33,939 nucleotides of DNA from Luteolibacter sp. GTDB lineage: Bacteria; Verrucomicrobiota; Verrucomicrobiia; Verrucomicrobiales; Akkermansiaceae. How positions within the stretch are numbered: position 1 is the stretch's first letter; each line of letters opens with the position of its first letter. The DNA lies in NCBI GenBank assembly GCA_044373865.1, contig JBILPN010000001.1:1-33939 (forward strand), written 5' to 3'. Made by a program: the position numbers and the translations under genes. Under the pieces are notes generated by a model. The model did no database searches and was not told where the DNA came from. It saw only the letters and a list, made by a program, of their open reading frames with translations. Of this stretch, positions 17,007 through 24,522 are shown in pieces.

Positions 17007-18403
17007 AAATCCGCTCCTTTCCGCCGGAACTCCGGCCGCATGCCTGCCACGGCTTCATAGCCGCCGGTGCCACCAGCGCCGCTCTTGCCCGCGTGCAGTG
17101 CCAGGGCGAGGCCCCAGAATCTATCGGCGTGGCCGTTCATGCCGCGGTCCGCGGCGAAGCGCACGTTGCCGGCCGCCGTCACCTCCTTGCGGATCGCGCG
17201 GATGTCGGCCTTGAGTTTGTCATCCTCGAAGGGGATCCGGATCATCCGGTCCTCGAAGGCGGCGCGCACCGGATAGGCGAGGGCTTCCTTCATCGGCCCG
17301 GTGAAGGTCACGCCTTCGCACTTGTATTTGCCGAAGCGCTCGGCGCTGCGCTCCGCGAACTGCATGCCCAGCCCGGTGGCGTCGATGCACACCCGTTTGC
17401 AAATCTCGAACCACGGGTAGAGGATCGCCTCTTGCTCGGAAAACTTCAGGCCCTTCAGATCGATGCGCTTGCGCACCTGGTGCAGCCCGCCGGTTTTCTC
17501 CACCAGGGTGAAGCTGGTGAGATCGTGGTGGCGGCCGATATCGAGCCCGCCGTAAAGATCCGCGCCGAGCACTTGCGCCGGCGCGGGAAACTCCCAGGCG
17601 TCGCCCGCCGGATAGGTGCAGCCGTCCAGCAGGCTCCACTCGATGAACGCGCTCGCGTCGTCCGACGGCACGCACATATACTCCTGTTGGAAACTCTCCT
17701 CATCCGGCGCACCCTTGCGGATGAAGTCGAAGTAGGCCGCCTCGTCCATGTCCTGGCGTTCGTCGTCGGCGGGCAGCTTGCTTTGCAGCTTGTAGAGGAA
17801 CCCTTGGTCGAGCGCGTCTTGCAGGGTGACGCGGTGCAGGCTCCAGCCCTTCGGATTGCCCTTCTCGCGGATCTCGCGGATGAGCTGGTTGAAATAGTTC
17901 GCGCTGCCGCGGTGGGTGCTGAAAATCTCCAGGCAGCCGCCCCAGGTGATGCCGGGGTAGGCGATGGCATAGAGCTTGCGCGGATCCGGATGGAGCGCGA
18001 ACTCATCGAGCACGCGGTCGCCGCGCTTGCCGGCCTGCGCGTCCGGGTTGGAGCTCATCGAGTGGATCCGCAGGCTGTTCGCCATCATCATGATGAAGGC
18101 GGTGTTGCCCTTTTCATCCACCGCCCGCTCTCCCAGATCCGTGGCACCCAGTTGCAGGATCTTGGCAAAGGCCTTGCAGTCTTCCAAAAACAAGCGCGCC
18201 TGAATGTCATCCCGCGAGGAAATCCACGCATCCAGCCGGGCGCTCTTGAGCGCCTTGCGCCGCGTCAGGCCGTAGCCCGTCGCCCAGGTCCAGCCGATCT
18301 GCCGGGACTTCTCCGCGATCTTCAGCCGTGAGCTATCATTAACCCACGCCGCCTGATAGGGCAGCAGGATCGCACGCTCCGGAATGACCTTTGCCGCACC
18401 CAT
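17003..18403 (-). CDS. terL: Terminase large subunit (Mu gp28-like, 466 aa)
   Basis: LLPYQ, KSRQIGWT, VLDEFA, FQQEYMC, GLDIGR, HADRFWG motifs; start reassigned to TGATG overlap at 18403. Confidence 0.95.
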   Translation of the reverse strand: MGAAKVIPERAILLPYQAAWVNDSSRLKIAEKSRQIGWTWATGYGLTRRKALKSARLDAWISSRDDIQARLFLEDCKAFAKILQLGATDLGERAVDEKGNTAFIMMMANSLRIHSMSSNPDAQAGKRGDRVLDEFALHPDPRKLYAIAYPGITWGGCLEIFSTHRGSANYFNQLIREIREKGNPKGWSLHRVTLQDALDQGFLYKLQSKLPADDERQDMDEAAYFDFIRKGAPDEESFQQEYMCVPSDDASAFIEWSLLDGCTYPAGDAWEFPAPAQVLGADLYGGLDIGRHHDLTSFTLVEKTGGLHQVRKRIDLKGLKFSEQEAILYPWFEICKRVCIDATGLGMQFAERSAERFGKYKCEGVTFTGPMKEALAYPVRAAFEDRMIRIPFEDDKLKADIRAIRKEVTAAGNVRFAADRGMNGHADRFWGLALALHAGKSGAGGTGGYEAVAGMRPEFRRKGADL

Positions 18404-18948
18404 CAGAGCAGTCCCGCAGCCTCCTCGATCTGCTTGAGGGTTTCCGCCGTGAGTCCGCCGTTGGACTTCGCCGCGCTCGCCAGGGCCGTGAGTTTCGCTT
18501 TGGCCTCTCTGGCAGCTTCTTCCAACAGCCGCAGCTTGCGATCGTCGCGTGTCCCGGCCTGCGCCTTGATCAAGGTCTCCATCCACTTCCGCGCCTCTTC
18601 CGGGTTGCTGTTGGGATCGCGGATCAGCCGGTAGGCATACTCCTTGAGTTCGCCAATCGCCGCCGCGTCGAACGCTGCCGACTCGCCCGCCAGCTTCGCC
18701 AGCGTCTTGGCCGATAGCGCCGCGAACTGCTTGCGCTCCACCAGGATGGGCTCCACATGGCGCGAGTAAAACGGTGTGAGCGAGGAGAGCGAAACCGCGA
18801 CCCCGCACTCCACCGCCAGCCAGTCCAGCGCGGCGGTATAGGTCCAGCCGCACAGCAGCCCCTGCACCAGCTCGGCGAGTTGCGCCGGCGGCAGTGCATC
18901 GAGCTTCGAGTCGCCCCGTGGCTTGCGTGGTTTCGGTGGGGTGGCCAT
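18403..18948 (-). CDS. Terminase small subunit (Mu gp27/DUF3486-like)
   Basis: SKLDALP N-terminus, HTH (VSLSSLTPF), C-terminal GLTAETLKQI; upstream of TerL. Confidence 0.82.
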   Translation of the reverse strand: MATPPKPRKPRGDSKLDALPPAQLAELVQGLLCGWTYTAALDWLAVECGVAVSLSSLTPFYSRHVEPILVERKQFAALSAKTLAKLAGESAAFDAAAIGELKEYAYRLIRDPNSNPEEARKWMETLIKAQAGTRDDRKLRLLEEAAREAKAKLTALASAAKSNGGLTAETLKQIEEAAGLL

Positions 18949-18951
18949 GGT

Positions 18952-19179
18952 TCATTGCTCCATCAGACGGGCACGGCCCGCGTCGGTGATTTTTGCCTTG
19001 TTGCGGTCCTCGCCGGTGACGACGACCACCTGCCCTTTGAGTTCCAGCTCGCTGAGCGCGCGCTTGAATTCGGAGTAAGAGGTCCCCGGCTCGTCGAGCG
19101 AGGTGTCCGCCCACAGCGTGCCGGTCGGGCACATGCCGTTGGGCCGTTGTTCGAGGTTGCGTAAAATGGTGCGTTGCAT
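18952..19179 (-). CDS. Mu gp26-like winged-helix protein
   Basis: 75 aa, LSELELKGQV...AKITDAGR pattern, position before gp27. Confidence 0.7.
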   Translation of the reverse strand: MQRTILRNLEQRPNGMCPTGTLWADTSLDEPGTSYSEFKRALSELELKGQVVVVTGEDRNKAKITDAGRARLMEQ

Positions 19180-19183
19180 GGGG

Positions 19184-19597
19184 TCAGGGAGCGCGGCGGG
19201 TGCGGGGTTGCATCAGCTCGTCGATGCGCGAGTGGATGCTGCGGGCGATGCCGTCGAGCTTGTCGGAGAGATGGACCTCGCGCTCGCCGCCGGCCTTGAG
19301 CAGCTCGTGATACTGGTTGATCGACTCGCGGCGCAGATCGGCCAGCCCGACCTCCAGCACCGTCACCCGGTCGCGCAGCGCCTGGTGCGCGTCCCAGCTC
19401 GGCGGGGTGAGCACCTTGCGGGTGGACACTTCCGGCAGCGGGCTTTGCAGCGTGACGTTATTAGTCGCCTCCTTGAGTCCCTGGCGCTTGCCATAGAACA
19501 GCGCGAACGCCGAGGCCAGCGCGCCGATCACCGCGATGATCCAGTCGCCCGAGATCATCGGGTCCGGCGGAGGCGTGTTTGCCAGATATCCCATCAT
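19184..19597 (-). CDS. Mu gp25-like single-TM coiled-coil protein (137 aa)
   Basis: One TM (WIIAVIGALASAFALFY) plus coiled coil; ATGA-coupled start at 19597. Confidence 0.6.
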   Translation of the reverse strand: MMGYLANTPPPDPMISGDWIIAVIGALASAFALFYGKRQGLKEATNNVTLQSPLPEVSTRKVLTPPSWDAHQALRDRVTVLEVGLADLRRESINQYHELLKAGGEREVHLSDKLDGIARSIHSRIDELMQPRTRRAP

Positions 19598-19851
19598 GAA
19601 AATCCCTCCCCCTCTTGATTCGTTGGATTCGTCAGATTCGGGGGGCCTTCCTTCTGCACCCACAGCTCGAACCGCTCCGCCTGTTCCACCAGGCAGATGC
19701 CGAGCAGCAGCCCGCTCAGCCCATGCTCGTCAAAGTCCCGGACGAGAAATCCCCGCACCGCCACCAGCTCCGCGTCGGTCAGCGCCAGCACCGCCAGCGC
19801 CGTCTGCTTGGCCTCGTAAAGCTCAGCCACGATTTGCCAGGCAGCTCTCAC
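19594..19851 (-). CDS. Hypothetical protein (85 aa)
   Basis: Overlaps endolysin stop (GTGA) and next start (ATGA). Confidence 0.6.
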   Translation of the reverse strand: MRAAWQIVAELYEAKQTALAVLALTDAELVAVRGFLVRDFDEHGLSGLLLGICLVEQAERFELWVQKEGPPNLTNPTNQEGEGFS

Positions 19852-20468
19852 AGCACGCTCCCCCTGATTTTGAAAACATTGCGCTTCTGCAGCATCGTCA
19901 GCCCGGTCTCGATCTCATAGTGCGGCAGATCCGTGAACGCCTGCCACGAGCCGCCCCACGCCAGCCCGCAGGCCGCCGCATGCAGCGAGCAGGCGCGATG
20001 CACCCGCGCCGCAAGCTCCGGCTTGCTGGTGTCCAGGTAGGTTTTGCCCTGGAACACCCCGAAGTCGCCGGCAATGCCGAAATTGTGATTGCTCTGCCCG
20101 CCCTTGGCGTTGGTCACCCGCGCCCCGCCGGTCACCCGGCCGATCTCATAGAGCGCGTCCTGTTCCTCCCAGCTGCGGTTCCCGGCGATCATCACATAGT
20201 CGCAGCCCAGCGTCGCCGCCGTCGCCTTCGCCAGCCGGCCGAACTGCATGAAGCGCTCGCGCGCCTTTTCGTCGAGCGTGGCAATCTGGCCCATCGTCCG
20301 CGCGTCCAGGTCCTTGCCCAGGCTCTCCGCCGCTTCCAGCGCGCCGTAGGGCTCGCCGCGGGAGGCGATTTCCGCCAGCACCCGCGAGGCCGTCGCCGGC
20401 CCGAAGATCCCGTCCGGGAATGCGCCCACCGCGCGTTGGATGGCTTTGATAGAGTCTGGGAGATTCAT
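19848..20468 (-). CDS. Endolysin, M15 family Zn peptidase with N-terminal peptidoglycan-binding motif
   Basis: IQRAVGAFPDGIFGPAT (PG-binding); RSWEEQDALY, SNHNFGIAGD, WGGSW..FTDLPHYE. Confidence 0.92.
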   Translation of the reverse strand: MNLPDSIKAIQRAVGAFPDGIFGPATASRVLAEIASRGEPYGALEAAESLGKDLDARTMGQIATLDEKARERFMQFGRLAKATAATLGCDYVMIAGNRSWEEQDALYEIGRVTGGARVTNAKGGQSNHNFGIAGDFGVFQGKTYLDTSKPELAARVHRACSLHAAACGLAWGGSWQAFTDLPHYEIETGLTMLQKRNVFKIRGSVL

Positions 20469-20566
20469 GGAATGTTAGTTGGAGTCGGGAGTGGAGAGGC
20501 CATCCAAGGCCACTTGCGGAATTATCATCGCCCACTCCCTCAAATGGTTTTCTCTGCGGTGAAATC

Positions 20567-20986
20567 TTATTTCCCCGAGCGGTAATCCACGCTCAGCCCG
20601 GCCTTGCTCGAATACCCCACATCCCCCTCGGGAGTGATCAGGGTGAAGCGGACTGGCACGCCCTCGAGGGCAGAGCATGACGGCAGGCAACCCATGATCC
20701 CCGCCGCCATGCCCAATCCTACAACCCAGAGCGGCAGCCGCCCCCCGGCGGCGCCGCCGGTTCCATCCGCCTGGTCTTCAGGCGGCAGAATCGAAATTTT
20801 GCCCGAGGTGATGAAACGCAGCAGCACGTTGGCCGCGCCGATCACCGCCACCGCCTCCACCGGATTCGCCTTCAGCCAGGCCAGCGCCGGCGGGAAAAAC
20901 GCCAGCGCGAACAGCAGGACCTGCAACCAGATCGTCCGGGATAACAGAAAACTTTTGCTCGGCGCGGGCGGCGTTGTTTCAGGCAT
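20567..20986 (-). CDS. Holin-like membrane protein with internal lipobox (139 aa)
   Basis: KSFLLSRTIW-TM-TM-LLRFIT holin-like unit, Gly linker, third hydrophobic segment ending LPSC; upstream of endolysin. Confidence 0.7.
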   Translation of the reverse strand: MPETTPPAPSKSFLLSRTIWLQVLLFALAFFPPALAWLKANPVEAVAVIGAANVLLRFITSGKISILPPEDQADGTGGAAGGRLPLWVVGLGMAAGIMGCLPSCSALEGVPVRFTLITPEGDVGYSSKAGLSVDYRSGK

Positions 20987-21063
20987 GCAGCCACCCTGCA
21001 CGGTCGCTGCAGATCCCCGTCAGCACCGCCTGCTAGCACCGGGCACCGCCGCTACTGACGGCC

Positions 21064-21330
21064 TCACGCGCTCATCTGCCGCTGCTTGTGCTCCCACACG
21101 CTCAGCAGATCCACCTTGAAGTGGGAGTTGCTCGCATGCGGCCGCAGCTTGTAGCCGCGCACCGCCTTCACCGCGATCAGATCGTAGATCACCTCCCGGT
21201 CGCAGCCGTCGAGCACCTGGCACGCCTGTTGCACGCTGCCCCAGCGCCGCAGCTTGCGGTCATCCGCCGTCCGCAGATACATGTCTTCCGTCCAGGATAC
21301 GCCGGGCAGGGTGGGGGTGGGCTGGCTCAT
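21064..21330 (-). CDS. Xis/MerR-like (HTH_17-type) DNA-binding protein, candidate late activator (88 aa)
   Basis: SVQQACQVLDGCDREVIYDLIAVKAVRG...FKVD pattern; located at head of late operon. Confidence 0.7.
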   Translation of the reverse strand: MSQPTPTLPGVSWTEDMYLRTADDRKLRRWGSVQQACQVLDGCDREVIYDLIAVKAVRGYKLRPHASNSHFKVDLLSVWEHKQRQMSA

Positions 21331-21335
21331 GCCGC

Positions 21336-21357
21336 AGCATAGCACAGCCCCCGTCAA
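21336..21357 (-). promoter_or_regulatory. Extended -10 promoter, probably leaderless
   Basis: Minus strand TTGACG-N7-TGcTATGCT-gcggc-ATG(21330). Confidence 0.5.
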
Positions 21358-21454
21358 CATCCGCCCAAAGCCCAAAGCCCAATGCCCTGTGGCTGCCGCG
21401 TCTCGCGGCTGGCATTCATTCATTCATCCTTCTCGAATCCATCCACGAGGGAGA

Positions 21455-21787
21455 TCAATCCAAGCGATACGTCGGAATCGTCGCGTCCGCATCCACAGCC
21501 GCTTTTGCCTTCGCCACCGGCTTCGGCCCGGCCTTCAGCGCCGCGAGCTGCGCCTCCATCGCCGCGATCTTGCGTTGGGTCTGCACGTCCGGCCCCGGAG
21601 CCGCCGTGGCCGCCGCTTTGCCCGCCGCCGGCGGCAGCAACACCGCGATCACGCAACCCAGCGGCCCCAGCAGCGCCCCGCACAGGAACCCAGCCGGGCC
21701 TTGTGCCTTGCCGCCCAGGTCGCCCAGGGCCATTCCGATGAATCCGAAGACCACTGCGCAGATGATGAGGATGATGAGCATTTCCAT
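21455..21787 (-). CDS. Small 2-TM membrane protein (moron, possible superinfection exclusion)
   Basis: Two hydrophobic segments with GFLCGALLGPLG; co-oriented downstream of repressor. Confidence 0.7.
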   Translation of the reverse strand: MEMLIILIICAVVFGFIGMALGDLGGKAQGPAGFLCGALLGPLGCVIAVLLPPAAGKAAATAAPGPDVQTQRKIAAMEAQLAALKAGPKPVAKAKAAVDADATIPTYRLD

Positions 21788-21869
21788 AGTTTTGGGGGGT
21801 TGGGAATCAGCAGAATTGATAGATCCAAATCGCCCCCGTGTAAATCCCCGAAATCACCCCACCTCCGGC

Positions 21870-22385
21870 TTACCGCTGAGGGTCGTTTCCAGCTGCGAGT
21901 CCGGATTTTTTCTCCGGCGCCTCGTTCCCGGTTCCCGCCGGTGCCAGCGCCAGCGCATTCCCCAACGCCAACGCCATCTGCGCCAGCACCTCCTCCATCC
22001 GCGCCATCCGCACCTGCAACTCCTCTTGCTTGTCCACCCGCGCCGCCAGGGTTTCTAGAAATTGCCGCATGCCGACCTCGTCATTAGCCGCCCTAATCAT
22101 TCCACCTAGGCTCTGCTGCGGGGATTCACTGATCCCCGATTGATTCGGCTTTACTGACGATTGTGCATTCCCAGACGCCATCCAGATCCCCGCCAGCCGC
22201 TCCGCCTGTTCTAATTTCCCCCAGCCCTTCGTGCTAATTTTGATACTGCCGTTGCGGTAGCCAAACAGCGACGCCACCGACAAACCCATCCTCGGGGCCA
22301 GTCCACGCAACGAAATCCCCAAGCGCGCCGCCAAAATGTCGGTGCGTTCTAAAAATCGGGCTTGTGTTCTAATTTCTTCTTGCAG
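21870..22385 (-). CDS. Prophage repressor (XRE/CI-like HTH); probable CTG start
   Basis: LGISLRGLAPRMGLSVASLFGYRNG HTH; frame open to TAG at 22401-22403 and includes helix 1 (FLERTDIL) upstream of the track's TTG; divergent from Cro-like gene. Confidence 0.8.
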   Translation of the reverse strand: MQEEIRTQARFLERTDILAARLGISLRGLAPRMGLSVASLFGYRNGSIKISTKGWGKLEQAERLAGIWMASGNAQSSVKPNQSGISESPQQSLGGMIRAANDEVGMRQFLETLAARVDKQEELQVRMARMEEVLAQMALALGNALALAPAGTGNEAPEKKSGLAAGNDPQR

Positions 22386-22403
22386 TGTTCTATTTTTGTT
22401 CTA
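22346..22403. promoter_or_regulatory. Operator array / divergent promoter region
   Basis: Four GTTCTA direct repeats at 22346, 22366, 22387, 22398 in an AT-rich island between divergent HTH genes. Confidence 0.75.
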
Positions 22404-22483
22404 TTCCTTTTGCGTCGCCCGCATCAGTAACCGCGACACACACAAACGCAACGCCAGCCCCGCCAAAAAGCAATCTCCGAAAA

Positions 22484-22684
22484 ATGACCACCACCCCGCA
22501 TCAATCCCAAGGCCGCCTGGTCCGCTACCCCGGAGCCACTCTCGCCGCCCAGGAACTCGGCGTCTCCCGCGGTCACCTTCACCGCGTCCTCATCGGCGAG
22601 CGCAAGAGCCACGTCCTCGTCAGCCGCTGGCACGCCTGGCTCGCCGCGCACCCCGAATTCGCCCGCCTCCAACAAACCCGCTGA
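22484..22684 (+). CDS. Cro/Ner-like HTH protein (66 aa)
   Basis: AAQELGVSRGHLHRVLIGERKS; first gene of early operon. Confidence 0.8.
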   Translation: MTTTPHQSQGRLVRYPGATLAAQELGVSRGHLHRVLIGERKSHVLVSRWHAWLAAHPEFARLQQTR

Positions 22685-22688
22685 CCCC

Positions 22689-22910
22689 ATGACCGAACTC
22701 ACCGCCATCAAAGTCCGCCTCGTCATGCTCGCCATCGCCGAGCGGCGGCTGCGCGGCGAGATCCCGGAGAGCCACACCGTCTCCACCGCCCAGTGCGAAA
22801 CCATCAGCCGCGAGCTCGGCCTGCCCGTCTCCGAGGCCACCTTCCGCCGCGACGAGCGCCTCATCGCCGCCAAAGCCCGCCTCGCCCTCACCGCCCTCCG
22901 CCCCCAATGA
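22689..22910 (+). CDS. Small HTH-like protein (73 aa)
   Basis: ISRELGLPVSEATFRR; strong C3 codon bias. Confidence 0.65.
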   Translation: MTELTAIKVRLVMLAIAERRLRGEIPESHTVSTAQCETISRELGLPVSEATFRRDERLIAAKARLALTALRPQ

Positions 22911-23158
22911 ACCACCCCTCCATCACCGCCGGCGCCAGCCAGTGCGATCTCATCCTCGAACTGCTCGCCGCCGCCAACGGCCGCTGGGTCTCCATGATCG
23001 ATCTCCACCGCGTCTCCGGCTCCATGGCCGTCCACTCCCGCATCGCCGATCTCCGCGAGCGCGGCCTCCAGGTCGAGCAACACAGCGTCCGCAAAGGCCG
23101 CAGCGTCCATTCCAGCTACCGCCTCATCCCCGCCACCGGCCAGCTCCCTCTCCTCTAA
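22907..23158 (+). CDS. Winged-helix protein (83 aa)
   Basis: ATGA-coupled; SQCDLILELL...HSRIADLRERG...YRL typical of phage wHTH. Confidence 0.75.
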   Translation: MNHPSITAGASQCDLILELLAAANGRWVSMIDLHRVSGSMAVHSRIADLRERGLQVEQHSVRKGRSVHSSYRLIPATGQLPLL

Positions 23159-23184
23159 CCCATAACTCCTAACTCCCTACCCCC

Positions 23185-23496
23185 ATGCCCCACCTCCAAC
23201 TCAGCCCCACCACCGCCGCCAAGGCCCACGCCGCCGCCCTCGACCGCGCCACCCGCGGCGTCCCCACCGCCGCGCAATACGCCAGCCAGCTCCAGGCCGC
23301 CCATGCCGCCGCCGTCGCCCGCGCCAACACCATCTGCGCCCGCGAGTCCGGCGTCATCTCCATCTACGCCCTCGGCGAGGTCATCGCCCAGATCGAGGCC
23401 GACCAACTCGACCACGCCCACCACCTCGAACTCACCGAATCCATCACCCTCCACCGCGTCCTCCGCCGCCTCAAGGATCTCCTCCCCCAACACTAA
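23185..23496 (+). CDS. Hypothetical protein (103 aa)
   Basis: C3-biased ORF with C-rich leader. Confidence 0.7.
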   Translation: MPHLQLSPTTAAKAHAAALDRATRGVPTAAQYASQLQAAHAAAVARANTICARESGVISIYALGEVIAQIEADQLDHAHHLELTESITLHRVLRRLKDLLPQH

Positions 23497-23515
23497 CTCC
23501 CCACCCCCAGCCACC

Positions 23516-23704
23516 ATGACCCCAGACCCCATGCTCTACATCATCGCCGCCGCCGTCCTCGGCGCCGCCATCGGCTTCTTCGCCTGCGCCCTCGTCGCCT
23601 CCCGCCGCATCCGCGACGCCGAGCGCGAAGGCTGGAAAGCCGGCGTCCGCTGCCGCCACCGCGAAGAAGCCCCCACCGCCGATCCCTGCCACCTCATCCG
23701 CTAA
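23516..23704 (+). CDS. Small single-TM protein (62 aa)
   Basis: MLYIIAAAVLGAAIGFFACALVA followed by basic tail. Confidence 0.7.
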   Translation: MTPDPMLYIIAAAVLGAAIGFFACALVASRRIRDAEREGWKAGVRCRHREEAPTADPCHLIR

Positions 23705-23725
23705 CTCCCACTAACTCCCGCTCCC

Positions 23726-23974
23726 ATGTCCGATCCCACCCTGCAAAACCTCCAGTCCCTCATCGCCGACCTCATCTGCGCCGACGCCCACGACATCCAC
23801 CTCCACGCCACCTTCGCCGAGCTCGGCATCGACAGCCTCGATCACGCCCAGCTCATCAACGAATGCGAGGACCACTTCGACCTCGAAATCGCCGACGCCG
23901 ACGCCGTCGCGGCCAGCACCGTCTCCGCCCTCTACGACCTCATCACCTCCGCCCAGGCAATCGCCCACGCCTGA
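23726..23974 (+). CDS. acpP: Acyl carrier protein homologue (82 aa)
   Basis: ATFAELGIDSLD phosphopantetheine motif (Ser37), EDHFDLEIADADA...TV; acidic, canonical ACP length; symbol denotes family, not proven orthology. Confidence 0.9.
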   Translation: MSDPTLQNLQSLIADLICADAHDIHLHATFAELGIDSLDHAQLINECEDHFDLEIADADAVAASTVSALYDLITSAQAIAHA

Positions 23975-24009
23975 CCGAAACGGACCGCCGGATTCATCCG
24001 GCCCGCATT
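23968..24009 (+). repeat. ~42-bp direct repeat copy 1 with REP-like palindrome
   Basis: CGCCTGACCGA-a-ACGGACCGCCGGATTCATCCGGCCCG-c-ATT; stem GCCGGAT/ATCCGGC. Confidence 0.9.
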
Positions 24010-24037
24010 CATTCATTCATCCTCGCCTCTGCCCATC

Positions 24038-24466
24038 ATGACCACCCCGATCCCCAAAAACCGCCACGGCAAAACCGACTGGACCGCCGTCTTCGCCGCC
24101 GCCTCCCCTGGCCAGCGCCTGCGCATCCCCAAAACCCTCGCCGGCGCCGCCTACACCGCCGCCAAAACCGGACCCTTCCAAATCGCCAGCAAAGGCCACC
24201 CCGACGGCACCGTCGATCTCATCATCGGCCCGCCCCATCCCCCCAAAGCCACGCCCGCCCCCGAACCCAGCGGCCCATTCGGCGGACTATCCGCCGCCGA
24301 TGTCGTCCACAAGATCACCGCCGCCCACGAGCAAATCGAATACTGGACCCGCTACCGGGCCGCCCAGACCGACAAGCGCGACCGCATCGCCGCCGGTGCC
24401 CGCGTCCAACTGTGGACCATGCAGCTCGCCGCCCTCCGCCGCTACCTCAACCTGCTCTGCGCCTGA
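24038..24466 (+). CDS. Hypothetical protein (142 aa) between direct repeats
   Basis: C3-biased ORF, two parts joined by Pro-rich linker. Confidence 0.7.
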   Translation: MTTPIPKNRHGKTDWTAVFAAASPGQRLRIPKTLAGAAYTAAKTGPFQIASKGHPDGTVDLIIGPPHPPKATPAPEPSGPFGGLSAADVVHKITAAHEQIEYWTRYRAAQTDKRDRIAAGARVQLWTMQLAALRRYLNLLCA

Positions 24467-24502
24467 CCGACCACGGACCGCCGGATTCATCCGGCCCGTA
24501 TT
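24460..24502 (+). repeat. ~42-bp direct repeat copy 2 with REP-like palindrome
   Basis: 26-bp core 24473-24498 identical to 23980-24005; 11-bp upstream part also identical. Confidence 0.9.
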
Positions 24503-24522
24503 AAATCTTACCCATCACCACC

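Noticed and set aside
668-18331. Long + strand ORFs opposite the late genes (e.g. 668-2077, 3888-5423, 12357-13616, 17093-18331)
   Set aside because: Antisense shadows of high-GC genes; Arg/Gly/His-rich with no motifs
18404-19132. 243-codon N-terminal extension of TerL (709-aa ORF), possible TerS-TerL fusion
   Set aside because: Overlaps gp26/gp27 in another frame and is low-complexity; a clean TGATG coupled start exists at 18403
23968-24502. Palindromic repeats as CRISPR array or integron attC sites
   Set aside because: Only two copies ~490 bp apart, no cas or integrase, no attC R-box structure
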